Source: Bacilli bacterium
GTDB lineage: Bacteria; Bacillota_I; Bacilli_A; ML615J-28; CAG-313
Direction: 5' to 3'
NCBI GenBank assembly: GCA_017501465.1
Contig: JAFVWY010000015.1
Coordinates: forward strand, 107,422 to 171,421
Length of the DNA stretch: 64,000 nucleotides
Below, piece by piece: positions 56,274-64,000 of this stretch (position 1 is its first letter; every line of letters begins with the position of its first letter). The notes below the pieces were generated by a model that made no database searches, was not told where the DNA came from, and worked only from the letters and a program-made list of their open reading frames with translations. The position numbers and the translations under genes were made by a program.

Positions 56274-57494
56274 ATGAAATTAATAAATAACACATTAAAC
56301 GAACAAACTGAATTAAATTATAATGAAAACAAAAAAATGGCTAAATTTTTAAAAAGAAGAAGACAAGAGTTAGGCCTTACTTTAGAACATGTTAGTGAAG
56401 GAATATGTAGCACTAGCTATTTAAGTAAAATTGAAAATTGTCAAGTCGAAGTTGACGAAACTTATTTTAATTTATTATTTGAAAAGTTGGATTTACATTA
56501 TGAAGATGTGATAGAGAACCGCAAAGTTCCTATTTATTCTCATATGATACAAGCCTATTTAGAAAATGATAAAGAATTTATTAAAAAAAGTAGTAATGAT
56601 TTAGTAGTAAATAAAACATATTGTGAAACAGAAATTGAACTATTAGTAGTATTTTATAACTTGATTTTTGAAAATTATCAAGAATGTAAAAATGGTTTAG
56701 ATAAACTAATTAGTATTCAAAACACCTTATTATCAGAAGAATATGAAATCCTTTTGTATTTAGAAGCAATTTATCATTTTAAAACAAATAATTTCAATAA
56801 AACATTAGAGAATTTAAGATGTTTATATCAAAGAAACTTAATTAATGATATTTTAAAAGTTGCTGTTGATGATTTAGCTTTGGATTTTTGTTTTGAAATT
56901 GGTGAAGTAAGTGGTTTCTATAACATTTTAAAAAGAAATAAAGATAATATTTATTTAAATATATTAAAGCGCGTGGATATTAAACATCAACTTCAAGAAT
57001 TAGTATTAAAACCTTCTAAGCACAAATTAGCTGAATTTGAAATTTTAAAATTAGTAATTAATAATGAATACATGGACTTATATGATTATTATTATACTTT
57101 AAGTTTAATTTACAATAAACAATATCTTGAAGCTTATGAATATTGTAAAGATATTGAACATGATCAAGATTTTCTACTTTTGAAAGCAATAATAGTCAAT
57201 AACATCGACGAAATGGATATATCTTATGATTTTTTGATGTATTTGAGAAATAATAATATAAATAAGTTTGGTGTTTCTTATGAATATATTGAATATGTCA
57301 GAATTAAGTTAGAAAAATATAGTTACATGCAGTTATACAATTATTTAAAGAATGTTGTATTTACCAAAAAAGTTCAATTACACAATAAGTTTTTATTAAA
57401 AGAAGAAATCAAGGAATTGCTGAAAATAGCTTATGAATTAGGCAAATATAAAGAAATCGTTAAACTATTAAAAAATACTGACATTGATTTTTAA
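56274..57494 (+). CDS. XRE-HTH regulator with long TPR-like helical C-terminal domain (RNPP/Rgg-like architecture)
   Basis: HTH at LKRRRQELGLTLEHVSEGICSTSYLSKIENCQ, followed by about 320 aa of repetitive helical sequence rich in Y/L/E/N. Confidence 0.7.
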   Translation: MKLINNTLNEQTELNYNENKKMAKFLKRRRQELGLTLEHVSEGICSTSYLSKIENCQVEVDETYFNLLFEKLDLHYEDVIENRKVPIYSHMIQAYLENDKEFIKKSSNDLVVNKTYCETEIELLVVFYNLIFENYQECKNGLDKLISIQNTLLSEEYEILLYLEAIYHFKTNNFNKTLENLRCLYQRNLINDILKVAVDDLALDFCFEIGEVSGFYNILKRNKDNIYLNILKRVDIKHQLQELVLKPSKHKLAEFEILKLVINNEYMDLYDYYYTLSLIYNKQYLEAYEYCKDIEHDQDFLLLKAIIVNNIDEMDISYDFLMYLRNNNINKFGVSYEYIEYVRIKLEKYSYMQLYNYLKNVVFTKKVQLHNKFLLKEEIKELLKIAYELGKYKEIVKLLKNTDIDF

Positions 57495-57547
57495 TTAAAA
57501 TTGGTATTTAGATAGTTTAGTACTATCAATTACATATCTCCCTAACT

Positions 57548-57585
57548 AGAAAGAATAATGTTCCATTATTCTTTCTTTGTTTTTG
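57548..57585 (+). terminator. Rho-independent terminator
   Basis: agaaagaataatg / cattattctttct perfect 13-bp stem with a 3-nt loop, followed by a T-rich tail. Confidence 0.85.
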
Positions 57586-57632
57586 TTTGAAAAAAAGTGC
57601 CTATTAGTGTATAATAAGTTAAGGTGATTATT

Positions 57633-58223
57633 ATGAATTCAAATATACAAAAAATTAAAGAATTAGCCCTTATCAATAAAGTGCCAATTATTCAAGATGC
57701 TTCTTTAGAGGTGATTAATTCAATTATTTCTAAACGTCAAGTTGAAAAAATTTTAGAAATTGGCACTGCTGTTGGATATTCATCTCTTTGTTTTAGCACT
57801 AATAATTGTGTTAAAAGAATTGATACTTTTGAAAGAAATCAGGATATGTATAATCAAGCAATTCAAAATATTAATAACTGTCAAATGAGTGAAGTTATTC
57901 ATGTCCATTTTGGTGATGCCTTAGAGGTGGATATTTCAAATTTTTCTCATGATTATGACTTGTTATTTATTGATGCTGCAAAAGCTCAATCTCGACGTTT
58001 TTTTGAGCTTTATTCACCATTATTAAAACAAGATGGTATTATTATAGTTGATAATATTTTATTTCACGGTGTGAAAGAAAGTGATGAAAATATTTCTAAA
58101 AACCTAAGAGGATTAATTAAAAAAATCAATTTATTCGTAGAGTGGCTAAAACAAAATGAGGAATTTGAAACCATATTCTTTGAAGGAGGAGATGGCTTAG
58201 CCATTAGTAAAAGAAAATGTTAG
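57633..58223 (+). CDS. trmR: Class I SAM-dependent O-methyltransferase (YrrM/TrmR-like)
   Basis: Start at ATG 57633 (AAGGTGA RBS). ILEIGTAVGYS SAM motif and a LLFIDAAK motif. Synteny with yrrN/yrrO-like genes. Confidence 0.7.
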   Translation: MNSNIQKIKELALINKVPIIQDASLEVINSIISKRQVEKILEIGTAVGYSSLCFSTNNCVKRIDTFERNQDMYNQAIQNINNCQMSEVIHVHFGDALEVDISNFSHDYDLLFIDAAKAQSRRFFELYSPLLKQDGIIIVDNILFHGVKESDENISKNLRGLIKKINLFVEWLKQNEEFETIFFEGGDGLAISKRKC

Positions 58224-59047
58224 TAGTGGAATTAAATGATTTAAAAGTCTTAGATACATTAGCTGATGGCTTTTTAATTGGCGTTGAATTCATAAGTAGT
58301 GAATGTTTTAAACAATATAAACTAGAACAAACGATTGAAATTATTAATAAGATTCATGAAAGGGGTAAACTTGCGTTTATCGATGCAACACAAATTTTTC
58401 ATGATCAAGATTTAGAACAAGTAAAGAATATTTTGACCCATCTAAAAGATGCTGATTATATTTTGTATAATGATTTAGCACTTATTGATTTAATAGATCT
58501 TGAAAAAAGGTTTTACTATTCTGTTACTTATATTACAAACAAACAGGATTTTTCAATTGTAGAAAAGGAAAATGCATACACTTTATTATCGCCTACTTTA
58601 TCGTTTGAAGAACTAGTTAGTTTTGGTGAACTAGATAAGGCCTTTTTAATTGGTTTTGGCACTTTTGAAATATTTCATTCAAGAAGACCTTTAATTTCTA
58701 ATTATATGAAATATAGAAATACAGAATATGAATTGGCCAATTATCAAGTAATTGAAGAATTTAGAAGTGAAAAATATCCAATTGTTGAAAACAATGGTAC
58801 TAAAATTTATTTAAATGATTATTATTATTTGGGTAAAGAATTGGAATTTTTAAATAAAAATATTATATTAAAAACATTCGATTTGAAAGTAGAAGATGTA
58901 TTTAGAATAGTTTCAATTTATTCTAAAGCTCTAAAAACTAAAGATTTTATAGTATTGGAAGATTTAGAAAAACTTCCACTTAAGTTACATAAGGGACTAT
59001 TATTGGAAAATAGTATCTTGAAAAAAGAGGTGAAAGCTCGTGGGTAA
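58217..59047 (+). CDS. Peptidase U32 family protein, YrrN-like
   Basis: 276 aa. Overlaps both neighbouring genes. Its position between the yrrM-like and yrrO-like genes matches B. subtilis. Confidence 0.65.
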   Translation: MLVVELNDLKVLDTLADGFLIGVEFISSECFKQYKLEQTIEIINKIHERGKLAFIDATQIFHDQDLEQVKNILTHLKDADYILYNDLALIDLIDLEKRFYYSVTYITNKQDFSIVEKENAYTLLSPTLSFEELVSFGELDKAFLIGFGTFEIFHSRRPLISNYMKYRNTEYELANYQVIEEFRSEKYPIVENNGTKIYLNDYYYLGKELEFLNKNIILKTFDLKVEDVFRIVSIYSKALKTKDFIVLEDLEKLPLKLHKGLLLENSILKKEVKARG

Positions 59048-60242
59048 AGTTGAATTATTAGCACCTGCTGGCAATCTAGGAAAAGCAAAAATAGCATTAA
59101 TGTATGGGGCAGATGCTGTTTATGTTGGTGGTAAACAATTTAGTTTAAGAGCAAGAGCATCTAATTTTTCAATAACTGAAATTGAGGAATTAGTTAAGTT
59201 TGCGCATACAAGAAATAAGAAAGTATATGTTACTATGAACATTATTCCTCATGATAGTGACTTAAATAATTTAGAAACTTATTTAAAAGATTTAGAGCGT
59301 ATTAAAGTAGATGCAATTATTGTATCTAGTTTATATATAATAAGGAAGGCAAAAGAACTAGTACCTAATTTAGAGGTTCATTTATCTACTCAAAAGTCTA
59401 CGACTAATGTTAAGACAATTAATTATTATCAAAACAAAGGTGTATCTAGAGTTGTCCTTGCAAGAGAAGTAACTCTTGATGAAATGAAATATATTAGTCA
59501 AAATACTGATGTTGAATTAGAAGTATTTATTCATGGTGGAATGTGTTCGAGTTATTCAGGGCATTGTGTTTTAAGTAACTATATGACTAATAGAGATGCT
59601 AATCGAGGCGGTTGCGCACATTCTTGTAGATGGAATTATTCGCTTGTTAAAAATGGAGAAATTTTACCAGAAAACTATAATATTGGATCAAAAGATATGA
59701 TGGCTGCAAGGTATATTCCACAATTGATCGATATGAATGTGGCATCTTTAAAGATTGAAGGGCGTATGAAATCGGCTTATTATCTTGCTTGTGTTGTAAG
59801 AAGTTATCGTATGTTAATAGATGAATATTATGAAAAAGGAAAAATTACCGACGAATTTTTTGCGTTTATTATTGATGAAATTAAAAAAGCAGAAAATAGA
59901 GAAACATCTGTTGGTTTTTATGATGGTATCCCTGGTGTTTGTGGACAATTATATGATAATAGAACAGAAATTCCCACACAAGAATATGTAGCCTTTGTTT
60001 TAGAATATAACAAAGATAAACAAATGGCATTAGTCGAACAAAGAAACTATCTAACGGTTAATGATGAAATTGAGGTTTTTGGCCCTAATTTAAAAAGTCA
60101 ATTCATTAAAGTAGAACAAATGCTTGATTTTGAAACAAATCAATCACTTGAGGTGGCAAGACATCCACTTCAAAAGTTTTGGATTAATATGCCATTTGAA
60201 GTAACTTATGGCGATTTGATTAGGTTAATTAAGAATAAATAA
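59040..60242 (+). CDS. Peptidase U32 family protein, YrrO-like
   Basis: GTG start. ELLAPAGN, GADAVYVGG and the cysteine-rich HGGMCSSYSGHCVLSNY...GGCAHSCR signature of the U32 family. Confidence 0.85.
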   Translation: MGKVELLAPAGNLGKAKIALMYGADAVYVGGKQFSLRARASNFSITEIEELVKFAHTRNKKVYVTMNIIPHDSDLNNLETYLKDLERIKVDAIIVSSLYIIRKAKELVPNLEVHLSTQKSTTNVKTINYYQNKGVSRVVLAREVTLDEMKYISQNTDVELEVFIHGGMCSSYSGHCVLSNYMTNRDANRGGCAHSCRWNYSLVKNGEILPENYNIGSKDMMAARYIPQLIDMNVASLKIEGRMKSAYYLACVVRSYRMLIDEYYEKGKITDEFFAFIIDEIKKAENRETSVGFYDGIPGVCGQLYDNRTEIPTQEYVAFVLEYNKDKQMALVEQRNYLTVNDEIEVFGPNLKSQFIKVEQMLDFETNQSLEVARHPLQKFWINMPFEVTYGDLIRLIKNK

Positions 60243-60316
60243 TCTTATATTTCGTATTCCTTGCAAAAATTAATAAAATTTGATAAAATACATTGTAAAT
60301 TAAGTGAGGTATTATT

Positions 60317-60805
60317 ATGAATCAAAAGTATAAATTAACTCAAGAGGGTTTAGCAAACTTACAAGAAGAATTAAAACATCTTACAGAAGTTGCTAGAGTT
60401 GAAAATATTCGTGCATTACAAGAAGCTCGTGCTCAAGGTGACTTATCAGAAAATGCTGATTATGATGCTGCTCGTGATGAACAATCAAAGATTGCTGGTA
60501 GAATATCAGTTATCGAAAACATTTTGAAAAATTATGAATTAATTGATGAAGAAGCTAATAATTTAGGAAAATGGGTAAAAGTAGAATTCATTGGACTAGA
60601 AGATGAGGATGATGATCCAATTCAAATTTTTAAAATTGTTGGTACATTAGAGGCTGACCCTTTACAACAATTAATTTCAAATGAATCTCCACTTGGTAGT
60701 GCTATTGTTAATCATGGTGTTGGCGAACAAGTTTATGTAAAACCTGAAGAAGGGGAAGAATTCTGGGCTAAGATTTTAGAAATTAGTTCTGAAGAAATTA
60801 AATAA
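60317..60805 (+). CDS. greA: Transcription elongation factor GreA
   Basis: Coiled-coil N-terminus with acidic-tip residues (GDLSENADYDAA). 162 aa. Confidence 0.95.
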   Translation: MNQKYKLTQEGLANLQEELKHLTEVARVENIRALQEARAQGDLSENADYDAARDEQSKIAGRISVIENILKNYELIDEEANNLGKWVKVEFIGLEDEDDDPIQIFKIVGTLEADPLQQLISNESPLGSAIVNHGVGEQVYVKPEEGEEFWAKILEISSEEIK

Positions 60806-61479
60806 TGATTGCAATTATATGTGCAATGGATAAAGAACTTAAATATTTTAGTGAAGCTATTGTAGATAGCCAAACTAAAGAAGTTCTTGGTTACAACTTT
60901 ATTCAAGGTAAATTAAATAATCATGAAATAGTAATTGTTAAATGTGGCATTGGTAAAATGACTTCTGGGATAGTTACTACATTATTGATTGAACACTATA
61001 ACCCAACTTTAATTATTAATAGTGGTATTGCAGGTGGCTACGCAACATCTTTAAAACCACTTGATGTGATTTGTGTAAATAAAGTTGGTTGTTATGATAT
61101 TGATATGCGTTTAGATGGAACAGTATATGGAACATTTAAAAATGAAGATAGAATATTAGAAATTAATGAAACAATTGAAAATAATTTAGGCTATAATGTT
61201 TTATATGGGACAATGATGAGTTCTGATACATTTGCAGGCAATAGAACTAAACTTGATATTATTTTTAGTTCATATTATCAAGATTTAAAAATTGATGCAG
61301 TTGATATGGAATCGTATTCAGTAGCTTATATTTGTAAAAAGTATGGTATTAGATGTATTATTATTAGAGCTATTTCTGATGTGGTAGGAATGGTAAGTCA
61401 AATTGAATCTTATGAATCTTTTGCTTCTAATGCTGCTAAATGTGCTTTTGATTTAATTGTTGAAAATTTCTTAAAATAA
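60805..61479 (+). CDS. mtnN: 5'-methylthioadenosine/S-adenosylhomocysteine nucleosidase
   Basis: IICAMDKEL N-terminus, GIAGG, and the VDMES and RAISD motifs. 224 aa. Confidence 0.9.
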   Translation: MIAIICAMDKELKYFSEAIVDSQTKEVLGYNFIQGKLNNHEIVIVKCGIGKMTSGIVTTLLIEHYNPTLIINSGIAGGYATSLKPLDVICVNKVGCYDIDMRLDGTVYGTFKNEDRILEINETIENNLGYNVLYGTMMSSDTFAGNRTKLDIIFSSYYQDLKIDAVDMESYSVAYICKKYGIRCIIIRAISDVVGMVSQIESYESFASNAAKCAFDLIVENFLK

Positions 61480-61538
61480 AAAAAGACATTAAAGAAAACA
61501 TCAGTTTACTATAATGTTTTTTTTAATAGGAGGATTAT

Positions 61539-63446
61539 ATGGCTAAAAGAACTTATATTACAACGCCAATTTATTATGCCAGTGGTTTTGTTCATATTGG
61601 AAATACTTATACAACAATTGCTGCTGATGCAATTGCAAGATATAGTCGATTGATGGGTAGAGAAACTTATTATCTAACTGGTATGGATGAACATGGCCTA
61701 AAAATCCAAGAAGCAGCTGAAAAACAAGGGAAAACACCTCAACAATTAGTAGATGAAGTTGCTGATAATACTCGCGCTTTATGGAGCCATTTAGGAGTTA
61801 CTAATGATGGATTCATTAGAACAAGTGATATTCAACACATGGATAAAGTTGCTGAATTATTTGAAAGATATTTAGCAAGTGATGATATTTATCTTAGCGA
61901 ATATACAGGAGATTATTGTGTTGCTTGCGAGGCTTTCTTTACAAAAACACAATTAGGTGAAGGCGGAACTTGCCCTGATTGCGGGAAACCGACTAGAAAG
62001 GTATCTGAACAAAGTTATTTCTTTAGACTTAAAAAATATGAAAAACAATTATTGGATTTTATAAATGAACATCCTGATTTCATTCAACCTGAAACTAGAA
62101 GAAATGAAGTAATCTCTTTTATTGAATCAGGACTAGAAGACTTATGTATTAGTAGAACATCTTTCACTTGGGGTGTACCTGTTAAAAGTAATCCTAAACA
62201 TGTTATTTATGTTTGGTTAGATGCTTTATTTAATTATATTACTGCTTTAAATTTTGAGGGTCAAGATGATTCTTTGTATCAAAAGTTTTGGGTAGATAAT
62301 GATAATATTTATCAAATTGTCGGTAAAGACATTTTAAGATTCCATGCCGTTTACTGGCCAATCTTCTTAATGGCAGCTAATTTACCTATTAACTTTAAAT
62401 TATATGTTCATGGTTGGATTTTAATGAAAGATGGAAAAATGTCTAAATCTCGTGGTAATGTAGTTTATCCTAAAGATATTACATCTAGATATGGCATTGA
62501 CGCATTAAGATATTATCTAACTAAAGAATTACCTATCGGTAACGATGGTTTATTTTCTTATGAAAGATTTTATGATCGATATAATTCAGAACTTGCTAAT
62601 GATTTAGGAAACTTAGTCAGTAGAACTATTTCAATGATTAATAAATATTTTGGTGGTAAGATCGAAAAAACTCAAGTTAGAACTGAATTTGATGAAGATT
62701 TTGAAAATGTGATCAAAAGCTCTGTTAAAGATGCTAAAGTTGAATATGAAGCATTCCACTTGCAAACTGCTTTGACTAAAGTATGGCAAATTATTAGTAG
62801 AGCAAACAAGTATATTGATGAAACTGCTCCATGGGTTTTAGCAAAAGATGAAAGTAAAACAGAAGAATTGAAAAGTGTAATGTATCATTTAGCTGAAGCA
62901 CTAAGAATTTCTGCATCATTATTACACCCTGTTTTAATTGAAACAACTCCAAAAATTATTGAATATTTAGGAATTAAGGCAGTTACAAATATTGAAGAAT
63001 TATCATATGGATATGAATATGATAATATTGTTGCGAATAAAGTAGAACCTTTATTTAAACGTTTAGATGTTCAAAAGGAATTAGAAGAAGTGATGGCGCC
63101 TAAAGAGGAACCAATGGATTTTAAAACTAATATTTCTTTTGAAGAATTTGAAAAAACTGACCTAAGAATTGGGGAAATAATCGATTGTAAAAAAGTAGAA
63201 AAATCAGATAAATTATTACTTTCTTCAGTTAAAATTGGCACTGAAGTTAGACAAATAGTATCTGGTATAGCAACAAAATATAAACCGGAAGACTTAATTG
63301 GGAAGAAAGTTTTAGTTGTTGTTAACTTAAATCCTGCAAAGATTAGAGGTAATTTATCTAGTGGTATGTTACTTTGTGCGGGAGAAAATGAAGATATTCA
63401 ACTGATTGAAGTTCCAAATGGTAAATCAGGAGATAAAGTTAAATAA
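61539..63446 (+). CDS. metG: Methionine--tRNA ligase with C-terminal tRNA-binding (EMAP-like) domain
   Basis: HIGN (HIGH) and KMSKS signatures. CVAC...CPDC zinc knuckle. 635 aa. Confidence 0.95.
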   Translation: MAKRTYITTPIYYASGFVHIGNTYTTIAADAIARYSRLMGRETYYLTGMDEHGLKIQEAAEKQGKTPQQLVDEVADNTRALWSHLGVTNDGFIRTSDIQHMDKVAELFERYLASDDIYLSEYTGDYCVACEAFFTKTQLGEGGTCPDCGKPTRKVSEQSYFFRLKKYEKQLLDFINEHPDFIQPETRRNEVISFIESGLEDLCISRTSFTWGVPVKSNPKHVIYVWLDALFNYITALNFEGQDDSLYQKFWVDNDNIYQIVGKDILRFHAVYWPIFLMAANLPINFKLYVHGWILMKDGKMSKSRGNVVYPKDITSRYGIDALRYYLTKELPIGNDGLFSYERFYDRYNSELANDLGNLVSRTISMINKYFGGKIEKTQVRTEFDEDFENVIKSSVKDAKVEYEAFHLQTALTKVWQIISRANKYIDETAPWVLAKDESKTEELKSVMYHLAEALRISASLLHPVLIETTPKIIEYLGIKAVTNIEELSYGYEYDNIVANKVEPLFKRLDVQKELEEVMAPKEEPMDFKTNISFEEFEKTDLRIGEIIDCKKVEKSDKLLLSSVKIGTEVRQIVSGIATKYKPEDLIGKKVLVVVNLNPAKIRGNLSSGMLLCAGENEDIQLIEVPNGKSGDKVK

Positions 63447-63455
63447 GAGGATAAT

Positions 63456-64000
63456 ATGGAAAACTCAATATCTGAACCAAAAATCAAAGAACGCTTTTTC
63501 GATAAAAAAACATGTGGCATGACTGCTTTATTAGTATTAGGTACATTTATCTATTGTTTGGGTGTTGTATGGCTATTAAACTGTGGTGAATTCTTTGCTG
63601 GTGGAATTACTGGTATATCTCAGTTGCTGTCTTACTTATTATTTGATAAAGTAAGCCCATTATTAAGTATTTTTATTCCTCTTTTAAATATCCCGCTATT
63701 TTTACTTGGTTGGAAAAGCATTAGTAAAAAATTTGCTTTTTTGACTTTAGTTTCAGTAGTGTTACAAATGATATTGATTTATTTCTTAACTTGGCTATGT
63801 CAAGTTAAGGGTTTCAATCCTATCTTTGAAGTTGTAAAACGATATGATCAATTGTTAATTGTTGATGGCAAATATGTTTGTGCTAACAATAACGCTGGCC
63901 TTAGATTATTATTGGCGTTTATCGGAGGTTTTGTCTGTGGTATTGGTAATGCACTATGTTTAAGAAGTGGTGGCTCAAGTGGAGGTATGGATGTTATTGC
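63456..64000 (+). CDS. YitT-family membrane protein (5' part; runs off the window)
   Basis: ATG 63456 with a GAGG RBS. The FAGGITGISQLL motif is typical of YitT/DUF161 proteins. The ORF is still open at 64000. Confidence 0.7.
   Translation, partial: MENSISEPKIKERFFDKKTCGMTALLVLGTFIYCLGVVWLLNCGEFFAGGITGISQLLSYLLFDKVSPLLSIFIPLLNIPLFLLGWKSISKKFAFLTLVSVVLQMILIYFLTWLCQVKGFNPIFEVVKRYDQLLIVDGKYVCANNNAGLRLLLAFIGGFVCGIGNALCLRSGGSSGGMDVI

Noticed and set aside
57558-57590. 10-codon mini-ORF (MFHYSFFVFV) downstream of the RNPP-like regulator, considered as a candidate signalling peptide.
   Set aside because: It lies entirely within the 13-bp terminator stem and T-tail and has no RBS, so it is most likely fortuitous.
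61494-61523. aaacat/atgttt hairpin after mtnN, considered as a terminator.
   Set aside because: The stem is almost entirely A-U with one G-C pair, and it overlaps a TATAAT-like hexamer. It is more likely part of the metG promoter region.
61480-61538. Looked for a T-box leader upstream of metG.
   Set aside because: The gap is 59 nt. It contains only a weak A/U hairpin overlapping a TATAAT-like hexamer and an AGGAGG RBS, and T-boxes need about 200 nt.
1-64000. Scanned for CRISPR arrays, tandem or dispersed long repeats, IS elements, integrases, toxin-antitoxin pairs and defence-system hallmarks.
   Set aside because: None was recognised. No spacer-repeat periodicity appears in any gap, and no transposase, recombinase, nuclease-helicase or methyltransferase clusters are present. 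The only repeats seen are short regulatory-scale ones and intragenic domain duplications. This was a by-eye scan; a self-dot-plot would be the decisive test.

Overview
Densely coding, very AT-rich chromosomal segment (by eye about 28-30% G+C, not computed) from a spore-forming, apparently anaerobic Bacillota genome. The code is standard and TGA acts as a stop. There are about 80 CDS, and all but 6 lie on the + strand. Intergenic gaps rarely exceed 150 nt. I saw no rRNA, tRNA, CRISPR array, IS/transposase, integrase or phage genes.

Conserved Bacillus-like blocks:
- dacF-spoIIAA-spoIIAB-sigF-spoVAC/D/E/F
- rnj, rpmG, rarA
- an OmpR/histidine-kinase pair followed by an HtrA-like protease
- an ABC-F ATPase
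- secG-rnr-smpB
- mntP
- tig-clpX-lon
- trmR(yrrM)-yrrN-yrrO-greA-mtnN-metG

Oxygen and ROS detoxification genes typical of anaerobes are present: a four-domain flavodiiron protein plus rubredoxin, and desulfoferrodoxin. Three genes below the ORF-track size cutoff were found by reading the gaps: rubredoxin (4260-4418), ribosomal protein L33 (18530-18685) and a YjzC-like protein (35639-35803, minus strand).

I did not find a clear-cut new multi-gene system, and nothing has a defence-island-like architecture. The most unusual items are:
- a P-loop-less FtsK/SpoIIIE-like membrane protein
- a 1029-aa Big_2/VanZ fusion protein
- a DUF1538 permease with two PII-like proteins
- a PEP-swivel / BtaA-like / short adenylating-enzyme trio at the left edge
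- a structured leader between a CssRS-like pair and the HtrA-like protease

All family assignments come from motif recognition by eye and remembered family signatures, not from database searches.
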